32,000 bases of DNA from an uncultured Chloroflexia bacterium (GCA_963704755.1 OY969938.1:2730001-2762000), one strand, 5' to 3'. Counted from the first letter of the stretch, positions 10,330-17,969 are shown. Notes: generated by a model not told the origin, from the letters alone. Numbers and translations are program-made.

Positions 10330-10847
10330 GGCTGCACCCCTTTCTCCTGCAGGGCTTTCTGGCGTAAGGCTTCGATCACGGCCAGGGCCGTTTCTACGGT
10401 CTGGTTTTCGTGATAGGCGATCTCGCCATCCCCTTGTACCTGGAACATGGGCGCCCGGTGGCAGGCTGCCAGGCATTTGACCTCTTCAATAATGAAGAGC
10501 CCATCCTCGGTCGGCTCGCCGACTTTGACGCCCAGCTTCTGGCACAGCTTTTCCAGGAAGTCCTCGGCCCCGCGCAGCGCGCAGGGCAGGTCGGTACAGA
10601 CCTGGATGTGATAGCGCCCCAGCGGCTGATCGTAGTACAGGGTATAAAAACCGACGAGCGCAGCTACGTCGGTGATAGACATTTCACAAATCTCGGCAAT
10701 GTTTTGCAGGTCCCGGGGCGAAACGTAGGTCTGGTCCCGCTGCGCCATATGCAACAGCGGCATCACGGCCGAGCGTTTGTAATCTTCCGGGTACCTGGCC
10801 AGGATCTTTTGGATTTCATTCGGGTATTTAGCAAGCAGTTCGTTCAC
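10326..10847 (-). CDS. nuoE: NADH-quinone oxidoreductase subunit E (2Fe-2S, thioredoxin-like)
   Basis: 173 aa with cluster ligand motifs CTDLPCALRG and CLAACHRAP. The GTG start overlaps the nuoD stop as GTGA. Confidence 0.93.
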   Translation of the reverse strand: MNELLAKYPNEIQKILARYPEDYKRSAVMPLLHMAQRDQTYVSPRDLQNIAEICEMSITDVAALVGFYTLYYDQPLGRYHIQVCTDLPCALRGAEDFLEKLCQKLGVKVGEPTEDGLFIIEEVKCLAACHRAPMFQVQGDGEIAYHENQTVETALAVIEALRQKALQEKGVQP

Positions 10848-12073
10848 CGGTCGGCGTCTCCCAGAACAATGTCGATACTGCCAATAATGCCCACCACGTC
10901 AGCGACGAAGCGGTTGCGCGTCATCAGCGGCATGGCCTGTAAATTGGCAAAAGAGGGGGTGTTGTAATGCACCCGGAAGGGCCGCGGACCACCGTCACCC
11001 TCCAGATACACACCCAGTTCGCCGCGCGGTCCTTCGGTAGCGGCGTAAACCGAATGGGCCGGCACGTTAAACCCTTCGGTCCATAGTTTGAAATGATGGA
11101 TGAGCGCTTCCATGCTCACCCCAATTTCCGAGCGCGGCGGGGTGACGAATTTGCGGTTGTTGCTGCGCACCGGGCCGTACGGTAATTTGTCCATGGCCTG
11201 TTGGACGATCCGCAAGGACTGGCGCATCTCGGCCACCCGCACCAGGTAGCGCGAATAAATATCCCCGGCTGCCTGGGTAGGGACGTCGAAATCGTACTGT
11301 TCGTATCCGCTGTAAGGGCGCGCCTTGCGCAGATCGTACGCGACGCCCGATCCGCGAATGACCGGGCCGGTCAGCCCATAACGAATGCAGTCTTCGGCGG
11401 AAATCACCCCAATTTTGCGGGTGCGCTCGAGGAACAGGGCGTTATGCGTCAGCAGGTCTTCGTATTCGTCTATGCGGGCCGGCAGGATGTCGAGGATGTG
11501 GCGCACGGCAGCCTCGAACTCGACCGGCACATCCCGCCAGAGACCGCCCGGCCGGATGTAAGTAGTCATCATACGCTGGCCGGAAATCATCTCGAACACA
11601 TCCAGGATGTTCTCACGCTCGCGGAAGGTGTACAGAAAAACTGACATGGCCGCCAGGTCCAACGCACTGGTTCCCAGCCAGATCAGGTGTGAAGCGATCC
11701 GGGTCAACTCGGCCAGGATCACCCGTAGAGTCTGCGCCCGCGGGGGCACGTCCAGCTCCACCAGCTTTTCGACCGCCAGACAGTAGGTCAGGTTGTTGCC
11801 GATCGGGTTGAGGTAATCCAGGCGATCGGTCATAACCTCGGCTTGCAGGTAGGTCTTCAATTCCATATTTTTCTCGACACCGGTGTGCAAAAAGCCGATG
11901 TCGGGGATGCAGTTGAGCACGATTTCGCCGTCCAATTCGAGCAGCAAACGCAGCACACCATGTGTACTGGGGTGCTGGGGGCCCATATTGAGCAGCATGG
12001 TCTCGCCCGTCATGGCGCGCTCGGAAACCAGGTGGCGTAACTCATCAACCGAAACTTCACGGATATCTGTCAT
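10844..12073 (-). CDS. nuoD: NADH-quinone oxidoreductase subunit D (49-kDa)
   Basis: 409 aa with MLLNMGPQHPSTHGVLRLLLELDGE and a C-terminal GSIDIVLGDADR. A GGGAGG Shine-Dalgarno lies upstream of the ATG at 12071-12073. Confidence 0.96.
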   Translation of the reverse strand: MTDIREVSVDELRHLVSERAMTGETMLLNMGPQHPSTHGVLRLLLELDGEIVLNCIPDIGFLHTGVEKNMELKTYLQAEVMTDRLDYLNPIGNNLTYCLAVEKLVELDVPPRAQTLRVILAELTRIASHLIWLGTSALDLAAMSVFLYTFRERENILDVFEMISGQRMMTTYIRPGGLWRDVPVEFEAAVRHILDILPARIDEYEDLLTHNALFLERTRKIGVISAEDCIRYGLTGPVIRGSGVAYDLRKARPYSGYEQYDFDVPTQAAGDIYSRYLVRVAEMRQSLRIVQQAMDKLPYGPVRSNNRKFVTPPRSEIGVSMEALIHHFKLWTEGFNVPAHSVYAATEGPRGELGVYLEGDGGPRPFRVHYNTPSFANLQAMPLMTRNRFVADVVGIIGSIDIVLGDADR

Positions 12074-12087
12074 GGTTTGCCTCCCGG

Positions 12088-12600
12088 TTAGTCCTTTGCG
12101 TACGGTTTGCGCCGGTCGACTTCATCTTTATTGAAGGTGAAGGCGACTTCTTCGTAGCCCAGCGGATAATCTTTGCGCAAAGGGAACCCTTGCCAATCCT
12201 CGGGCATGAGGATGCGCCGCAAATCGGAGTGCCCGTCGAAGTGGATGCCGAACATATCCCAAATCTCGCGTTCTTTCCAATTGGCGTTGGGGTAGATCTT
12301 TTCCATCGTCTCCACGTGCGGGGCGTTGCCATCGATCGGCGTACGCAGGCGCAGCAGGACTTTGTTGGCGACGGAATATAACTGGTAGATCACATGAAAG
12401 CGAGGGGATAATTCAGGCCAGTAATCGACTGCCGTTTCATCCACCATCATATCGAAGGAAAATTCATCCCGCAATGCCTGGGCCGCTTCCAGAATTTGCT
12501 CCGGCCCAATTATCAGCGAAGTTTCACCGCGGAAAACGACCTCCTCGGCTTCGAAGCGCCCTTTCATTGCTGTTACCGCTGGTTCAAGAATATCGGTCAT
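12088..12600 (-). CDS. nuoC: NADH-quinone oxidoreductase subunit C (30-kDa)
   Basis: 170 aa with EREIWDMFGIHFDGHSDLRRILMPEDWQGFPLRKDYPL. Confidence 0.94.
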   Translation of the reverse strand: MTDILEPAVTAMKGRFEAEEVVFRGETSLIIGPEQILEAAQALRDEFSFDMMVDETAVDYWPELSPRFHVIYQLYSVANKVLLRLRTPIDGNAPHVETMEKIYPNANWKEREIWDMFGIHFDGHSDLRRILMPEDWQGFPLRKDYPLGYEEVAFTFNKDEVDRRKPYAKD

Positions 12601-12635
12601 AAGCCTCTATCCATATCATTTAGCTTATTCAGCCG

Positions 12636-12658
12636 GGGAAAACACAGCCCGTTTTCCC
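12636..12658 (-). other. Intra-operon hairpin in the 83-nt nuoB-nuoC spacer
   Basis: GGGAAAAC-ACAGCCC-GTTTTCCC, an 8-bp perfect stem with no U-run on the transcribed strand. Possibly an mRNA processing or stability element; function unknown. Confidence 0.4.
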
Positions 12659-12683
12659 TATGGCCGGACTAAAACGATGCTCA

Positions 12684-13166
12684 TCAAGCCCAATCTTTCA
12701 GGGTTTCGCCTTTGACTTTCTCGTGCAGGGTCATAATGCCGTGAATGAGGGCCTCGGGGCGCGGTGGGCAGCCGGCGACGAATACATCCACCGGCACGAC
12801 TTCGTCCACACCCTGGACGACGGCATAATTATTGAACACACCACCGCAGGAGGCGCAATCGCCCATGGCAATGACCCACTTCGGGTCGGGCATCTGGTCG
12901 TACAACTGGCGCAGCACCGGGGCCATCTTACGGGCCACCCGGCCGGCCACAATCATCAAATCGGATTGGCGTGGGCTGGCGCGCATCAATTCCATGCCGA
13001 AGCGGCTCATGTCATAGTTGGCAGCCTGGGCGCCCATCATTTCTATGGCGCAGCAGGCCAGGCCGAACAGCATCGGCCACATCGAATTCGTGCGCGTCCA
13101 ATTGACCAATCCTTCAAGGGAAGTTGTGACAATTCCCATATTTCCAGTTTTTTGTTCTAATCCCAT
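12684..13166 (-). CDS. nuoB: NADH-quinone oxidoreductase subunit B (PSST, N2 cluster)
   Basis: Motifs [24 protein letters not shown] and [10 protein letters not shown] prefer the ATG at 13164-13166 because AAGGAG lies 7 nt upstream. The ORF-track alternative is GTG at 13185-13187. Either start overlaps the end of nuoA. Confidence 0.93.
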   Translation of the reverse strand: MGLEQKTGNMGIVTTSLEGLVNWTRTNSMWPMLFGLACCAIEMMGAQAANYDMSRFGMELMRASPRQSDLMIVAGRVARKMAPVLRQLYDQMPDPKWVIAMGDCASCGGVFNNYAVVQGVDEVVPVDVFVAGCPPRPEALIHGIMTLHEKVKGETLKDWA

Positions 13167-13513
13167 TCCAATGCTCCTTTTTTCCACGCATACATATGCG
13201 CTACCTCTAATAACACCAGGAAAACGAGCACGCCCAGTAAACCAGTAACCCCTAAGCTACGGGCGACAACTGCCCAGGAGACCACAAAAATCACTTCGAT
13301 GTCGAAAAGAATGAACAGGACTGCGATCAGGTAATAACGCACCGAAATACGTCGCCGGCCGGGGCCGTAAGGAACCATGCCCAATTCGTAAGGGGCAGAT
13401 TTTCGCTGGGTGGGCCGCCGGGGTCCGAACAGCATGCCCAACGAAATGGCGATCAAACCGACCAGGAAGGCCAGCACAAAGATAATCAAAAGTGGCAGGT
13501 ACTTCTCCAGCAT
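13157..13513 (-). CDS. nuoA: NADH-quinone oxidoreductase subunit A
   Basis: 118-aa protein with three TM helices, [12 protein letters not shown] and [17 protein letters not shown] (NuoA/ND3). First gene of the operon. Confidence 0.93.
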   Translation of the reverse strand: MLEKYLPLLIIFVLAFLVGLIAISLGMLFGPRRPTQRKSAPYELGMVPYGPGRRRISVRYYLIAVLFILFDIEVIFVVSWAVVARSLGVTGLLGVLVFLVLLEVAHMYAWKKGALEWD

Positions 13514-13555
13514 GACAGTCCTTTCAAACCCTACCTTATTTATCTGATTTGCAAT

Positions 13556-13584
13556 AGTATACCACAGGCAGGTTATTGGTGCAA
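13556..13584 (-). promoter_or_regulatory. Candidate sigma-70-type promoter of the nuo operon
   Basis: On the minus strand this reads TTGCAC (13584-13579), a 17-nt spacer, then TATACT (13561-13556), about 40 nt upstream of the nuoA ATG. Sequence match only. Confidence 0.45.
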
Positions 13585-13692
13585 TTTTTCACAAGATTGA
13601 TCATAAATTGTGACAATAACACTTTATTCTAACCCGTTCAGTACGTTTAATAAAGGCTTACCGCCTCAGGCTCCGGATTTTTTTAGGTTTAT

Positions 13693-15352
13693 GGCCGGCC
13701 AGCTCGGGTTTCCAACCCGAGGAAACGCCCGCCCGGCATACCTGGGGAGGGTAGCTCGAGTTTCCAACCCGAGGAAACGCCTGCCCGGCACATCCCCGGC
13801 TTTGAAAGCCGGGCTACGCTACCGGAGCGCCTGACCCGGCCAGACGCCTGGGTAGGGCGGTTTGCTGGTCGTTGGATCGGGCCGGTCTCCAGACCGAGCC
13901 CGCTCTTCAGCGCGGCCCGCCAGCACCACCTGGGGACGGCAGCTCGGGTTTCCTACCCGATGGTAACGCCTGCCCGGCGTTTTCCCGGCTTTGAAAGCCG
14001 GGCTACGCTACCGGAGCGCCTGACCCGGCCAGACGCCTGGGTAGGGCGGCTTGCTGGTCGTTGGATCGGGCCGGTCTCCAGACCGAGCCCGCTCTTCAGC
14101 GCGGCCCGCCAGCACCACCTGGGGACGGCAGCTCGGGTTTCCTACCCGAGGAAACGCCTGCCCGGCGTTTCCCGGCTTTGAAAGCCGGGCTACGCTACCG
14201 GAGCGCCGATCCTGCAAGACCCTTGGGGAGGGTAGCTCGGGTTTCCAACCCGAGGAAACGCCTGCCCGGCACATCCCCGGCTTTGAAAGCCGGGCTACGC
14301 TACAGAAGCGCCTGACCCGGCCAGACGCCTGGGTAGGGCGGTTTGCTGGTCGTTGGATCGGGCCGGTCTCCAGACCGAGCCCGCTCTTCAGTGCGGCCCT
14401 CCAGCACCGCCTGGGGAGGGTAGCTCGGGTTTCCAACCCGAGAGTACGCCTGCCCGGCATGTCCCGGCTTTGAAAGCCGGGCTACGCTACAGAAGCGCCT
14501 GACCCGGCCAGACGCCTGGGTAGGGCGGTTTGCTGGTCGTTGGATCGGGCCAGTCTCCAGACCGAGCCCGCTCTTCAGCGCGGCCCGCCAGCACCACCTG
14601 GGGACGGCAGCTCGGGTTTCCTACCCGATGGTAACGCCCGCCCGGCACATCCCCGGCTTTGAAAGCCGGGCTACGCTACCGGAGCGCCTGACCCGGCCAG
14701 ACGCCTGGGTAGGGCGGTTTGCTGGTCGTTGGATCGGGCCGGTCTCCAGACCGAGCCCGCTCTTCAGCGCGGCCCGCCAGCACCGCCTGGGGACGGCAGC
14801 TCGGGTTTCCAACCCGAGGAAACGCCTGCCCGGCACATCCCCGGCTTTGAAAGCCGGGCTACGCTACAGAAGCGCCTGACCCAGCCAGACGCCTGGGTAG
14901 GGCGGTTTGCTGGTCGTTGGATCGGGCCGGTCTCCAGACCGAGCCCGCTCTTCAGCGCGGCCCGCCAGCACCACCTGGGGACGGCAGCTCGGGTTTCCTA
15001 CCCGATGGTAACGCCCGCCCGGCGTTTTCCCGGCTTTGAAAGCCGGGCTACGCTACCGGAGCGCCTGACCCGGCCAGACGCCTGGGTAGGGCGGTTTGCT
15101 GGTCGTTGGATCGGGCCGGTCTCCAGACCGAGCCCGCTCTTCAGCGCGGCCCGCCAGCACCACCTGGGGAGGGTAGCTCGGGTTTCCAACCCGAGGGAAC
15201 GCCTGCCCGGCACATCCCCGGTTTTGAAAGCCGGGCTACGCTACCGGAACGCCGATCCTGCAAGACCCTTGGGGAGGGTAGCTCGGGTTTCCAACCCGAG
15301 AGAACGCCCGTCCGGCACATCCCCGGCTTTGAAAGCCGGGCTACGCTGCCCG
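13693..15352. repeat. Non-coding tandem array: 7 long units (187-189 bp), 2 short units (105 bp), a leading double H3 module and a terminal stub, each unit built from up to three hairpin modules in direct orientation
   Basis: The anchor GGCTTTGAAAGCC occurs at 13798, 13987, 14174, 14279, 14466, 14655, 14843, 15032, 15220 and 15325. Hairpins: H1 CCCGGCTTT-G-AAAGCCGGG, H2 CGGGCCGGTCT-CC-AGACCG(A)GCCCG, H3 CTCGGGTT-TCC-AACCCGAG. The 188-bp unit length is not a multiple of 3. Confidence 0.95.
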
Positions 15353-15417
15353 GTGTCCCCTGGACAAACTTTGGTAAAATTATCTCGGAACATCGCCGTA
15401 TTTCTCAACTCATATTA

Positions 15418-15454
15418 AACCAGCCGCCTGGATCGGGCGGCTGGTTACCTTTTT
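15418..15454 (+). terminator. Intrinsic-terminator-like hairpin plus T-run between the array and the aldo/keto reductase gene
   Basis: AACCAGCCGC(15418-15427)-loop-GCGGCTGGTT(15437-15446), followed by ACC and then TTTTT (15450-15454). It ends 16 nt before the ATG at 15471. Confidence 0.55.
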
Positions 15455-15470
15455 CAGAAAGGATCCTGAT

Positions 15471-16412
15471 ATGCAATATCGTAAACTGGGCAACAGCGGC
15501 GTGCAGGTGTCGGTTGTCGGCATTGGCGCCAACCGCTTTGGCAACCAGAAAGTTACCCAACAAGAAGTCAATCGTATCCTGGGTACGGCCCTCGACCTGG
15601 GCATCAACCACCTGGATACGGCGAACATCTACACCGGCGGCCATTCGGAAGAAACCATTGGACAGGCCCTGCGCGGCCGCCGCGACAGCTTTTTCATCGC
15701 CACCAAAGTCGGCCATCCCACCGGTGACGGACCCAACCAGAGCGGCGTCTCCCGCCAGAGTATTATGAATGGCGTCGAAGGCAGCCTGCAGCGCCTGCAA
15801 ACCGAGATGATCGACCTGTATTACATCCATCGCTGGGACCCGCTCACCCCCATCGAAGAATCCTTGCGGGCCCTGGACGATCTCGTCCGGGCTGGCAAGG
15901 TGCGCTACCTGGGCTGCTCCAATTTTGCCGCCTACCGCCTGGCGCATGCCAACCTGCTGGCAGAGGTCAAAGGCTGGACTCCCTTTGCCGTGATCCAGTC
16001 CGAGTACAGCCTGTTGGAGCGCTCGGTTGAGCAGGAGGTGCTGCCCTGCTGCCAGGAGTACAACATTGGCTTTGTGCCATACTTCCCCCTGGCCGGCGGC
16101 TTTTTGACCGGCAAATATCAGCGTAACCAGCCGGCCCCGGCCGGATCGCGCGGTGAAAACAGCCCCTACGTGCAGGGCTTCATGACCCCGGCCAACTTCG
16201 ACCTGATCGAAAGCCTGACGGCCTGGGCGCTGGAGCATGGCCACGCCTTGAACGAGCTGGCGATCGCCTGGCTGGCGGCTCAGCCCATGGTGTGCTCGGT
16301 CATCGCCGGCGTCACTCAGGTGGACCAGCTCCAGGCGAATGTCAAAGCGGCCGACTGGGTCTTGACCCCGGCTGAAATAGGCGAAGTGAACGCAATCCTG
16401 GAACGGGATTGA
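15471..16412 (+). CDS. Aldo/keto reductase family oxidoreductase
   Basis: 313 aa starting MQYRKLGNSGVQVSVVGIG, with GINHLDTANIYTGGHSEETIGQAL, FIATKVG and YIHRWD matching the AKR Asp-Tyr-Lys-His catalytic tetrad context. AAAGGA Shine-Dalgarno upstream. Confidence 0.92.
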   Translation: MQYRKLGNSGVQVSVVGIGANRFGNQKVTQQEVNRILGTALDLGINHLDTANIYTGGHSEETIGQALRGRRDSFFIATKVGHPTGDGPNQSGVSRQSIMNGVEGSLQRLQTEMIDLYYIHRWDPLTPIEESLRALDDLVRAGKVRYLGCSNFAAYRLAHANLLAEVKGWTPFAVIQSEYSLLERSVEQEVLPCCQEYNIGFVPYFPLAGGFLTGKYQRNQPAPAGSRGENSPYVQGFMTPANFDLIESLTAWALEHGHALNELAIAWLAAQPMVCSVIAGVTQVDQLQANVKAADWVLTPAEIGEVNAILERD

Positions 16413-16467
16413 AAACAGGCGGATATGAAGTGGTATTACCCCACCCTCATATCCGGCTTCTCTTTAT

Positions 16468-16524
16468 GAGATGGCGTTTTTGTTATTTTTTGCCGTGCGG
16501 CAAAAACAACAAAAACGCCATCTC
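16468..16524 (+). terminator. Long nested hairpin downstream of the aldo/keto reductase gene
   Basis: GAGATGGCGTTTTTGTT ... AACAAAAACGCCATCTC (17-bp outer stem) encloses TTTTTGCC-GTGC-GGCAAAAA. The following region is AT-rich. There is no clean T-run immediately after the stem. Confidence 0.6.
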
Positions 16525-16566
16525 GATTGTCTAAATAGTTTTGATATTTATTTAAATTTTATCGTT

Positions 16567-16595
16567 TTGTTGTATGATATAACGTATAGTATAAA
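16567..16595 (+). promoter_or_regulatory. Candidate promoter in the AT-rich region upstream of the GGDEF gene
   Basis: TTGTTG (16567-16572), a 17-nt spacer, then TATAAA (16590-16595). Sequence match only, and it would give a leader of about 155 nt. Confidence 0.3.
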
Positions 16596-16756
16596 GTGGG
16601 TAAAGTCCAATAATCTTTTTTTTCCAGCGTTTTATTAATCATGTAGCTAAAACTAAATAGTGGTAATTTATTGTCTGCCGGCCAGCCCAGGTGTAAATCG
16701 TTACACGGGATAAACGGGGAATTTCCTTGGCAATTTGCCATTCCTGGAAAATCAAC

Positions 16757-17686
16757 ATGGCGGAAGAACCACGGCTCAGAGATAATGATTTTCTGTTCGA
16801 TGCACTGATGGACAACATCTCGGACAGCATCTATTTCAAAGATCGCCAATGCCGACTGGTCCGGGTGAGCCGGAAAATGGCCATCGATTTGGGTTATGAA
16901 AATCCCCAGGACATGGCCGGCAAGACCGACCGCGACCTGTTCGGCAAGGAGTTTGCCGATAAGACCACCATCGACGATCTGCGGGTGATGGAGACCGGCC
17001 GGCCGATTGTGGGCATGATCGAGAACCGCCGTAAGCCGGACGGCGAGCTGAACTGGACTTCGACTTCCAAGCTGCCCATTTTCAACCAGGATGGCAAGAT
17101 CATCGGGCTGCTGGGTATCACCCGCGAAATCAACGAGTTGAAGCAAGCCGAGATCAATTTGCAATACCTGGCCACCCACGACTTGCTGACCGGCCTTCCG
17201 AACCGCTATCTGTTCTTCGACCGCATGGAACAGGTCATCTTGCGCGCCAACCGCCAGGGTTACAAGTTTGCCCTGTTATATCTCGATTTGGATGGCTTTA
17301 AGGCGATCAACGATCGCGGCGGGCACGATGTCGGCGATTGGGTGTTGAAAGAGCTGGCCGGCAGGCTGACGCGCGTGGTGCGTGCCAGTGACTCGGTGGC
17401 CCGCATGGGCGGCGACGAATTTGTGATCCTGCTGGATGAGATTCACCAGATGAAGTACGCCGTGCGCGCCGCCAATAAAATTCTCAAAGCCTTGGAAGAG
17501 CCTTACGTCATCAACGACCAGGCTTACCGGGCGACTGCCTCGATCGGCATCAGCCTGTACCCCGACCACGCTCAGGATGCGGGTTCTCTGCTCAAAACTG
17601 CCGACCACGCCATGTACGTCGCCAAACAGCGCAAGAACGCGATCATGCCGTTTTCGCTGCCGTCGCTGGAAAACAAGCCCGCCTGA
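16757..17686 (+). CDS. PAS domain-containing diguanylate cyclase (GGDEF)
   Basis: N-terminal PAS-like region (DALMDNISDSIYFKDRQCRLVRVSRKMA...GKTDRDLF). GGDEF domain with an active-site RMGGDEFVILL and an RxxD I-site (RASD) five residues upstream. The start is uncertain: I prefer ATG 16757 (MAEEPRL) but have no SD or similar evidence for it over the ORF-track alternative 16727. Confidence 0.9.
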   Translation: MAEEPRLRDNDFLFDALMDNISDSIYFKDRQCRLVRVSRKMAIDLGYENPQDMAGKTDRDLFGKEFADKTTIDDLRVMETGRPIVGMIENRRKPDGELNWTSTSKLPIFNQDGKIIGLLGITREINELKQAEINLQYLATHDLLTGLPNRYLFFDRMEQVILRANRQGYKFALLYLDLDGFKAINDRGGHDVGDWVLKELAGRLTRVVRASDSVARMGGDEFVILLDEIHQMKYAVRAANKILKALEEPYVINDQAYRATASIGISLYPDHAQDAGSLLKTADHAMYVAKQRKNAIMPFSLPSLENKPA

Positions 17687-17694
17687 CCGGGGGA

Positions 17695-17960
17695 GGGGAA
17701 ATAAACCACGGAGGGAAAATTAACCACGGAGGGAAAATTAACCACGGAGGCACGGAGGACACGGAGAGAAGATAAAGAGAAAAAGAAAGAAAAAAACGAG
17801 AAGAAAAATAGGTTCATCGAATGAACGATTGCCTAAAGCAGATCGGCCCGGTCTCCAGACCGGGCCGATCTGCTTTAGGCTATTATTCTTTCAAACAGTA
17901 ATTTTTCTTCTTTTCTCCGTGTCCTCCGTGCCTCCGTGGTTTATTTAGACAAATTTCCCC
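17695..17960. repeat. Composite palindromic element of about 265 bp (CACGGAG-octamer arms, purine-rich tracts, perfect 24-bp central stem)
   Basis: Left arm: AAATAAACCACGGAGG, then 2x GAAAATTAACCACGGAGG, then CACGGAGGACACGGAG and a purine-rich run. The right arm is the reverse complement without the 2x18-bp duplication. Centre at 17831-17880: GCCTAAAGCAGATCGGCCCGGTCT-CC-AGACCGGGCCGATCTGCTTTAGGC. Confidence 0.9.
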
Positions 17961-17969
17961 TTAAACCTC

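Noticed and set aside
10330-10476. 49-aa N-terminal extension of NuoF from the ORF-track start
   Set aside because: The extension lies entirely inside the nuoE coding region and is Arg/Pro/Gly-rich. The internal ATG at 10327-10329 gives the canonical NuoF N-terminus and the ATGA overlap with the nuoE stop.
13589-13613. Bona fide Rex or CRP/FNR operator upstream of nuo
   Set aside because: The half-sites occur in the order TCACAA...TTGTGA with a 13-nt spacer. This does not match TTGTGAA-N4-TTCACAA (Rex) or TGTGA-N6-TCACA (CRP). I kept it only as a low-interest inverted repeat.
13693-15352. CRISPR array interpretation of the tandem repeat region
   Set aside because: There are no unique spacers. 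The whole 188-bp or 105-bp unit repeats near-identically. The unit is far longer than CRISPR repeats, and no cas genes or leader are present in the window.
13960-15418. Long ORFs on both strands through the array (e.g. 14729-15418 +, 14008-14460 -, 14051-14473 +) as Arg/Pro/Gly-rich repeat proteins
   Set aside because: The repeat period (187-189 bp) is not a multiple of 3, so each ORF reads successive units in different frames. Several frames on both strands are open at once, as expected for GC-rich DNA lacking stop codons. No ribosome-binding sites are visible.
15405-16244. 279-aa minus-strand ORF opposite the aldo/keto reductase
   Set aside because: It is entirely antisense to a CDS with clear AKR motifs and has no recognisable motifs of its own, so it is a shadow ORF. 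The same reasoning applies to 16559-17179 (-), 21768-22649 (-), 24106-25131 (+), 9394-9966 (+) and 6995-7559 (+).
16727-16745. Sigma-54 promoter at TTGGCAATTTGCCA near the GGDEF start
   Set aside because: The GG and GC elements are only about 8 nt apart rather than the 12 required by TGGCAC-N5-TTGCA, and the sequence lies within or next to the coding start.
17572-17817. 81-aa minus-strand ORF (..SSLRVLRASVVNFPSVVNFPSVVYFPS..) and the similar 22841-23224 ORF
   Set aside because: The translations merely spell out the CACGGAG-octamer and purine-tract repeats. They overlap the 3' ends of real genes and the palindromic elements.
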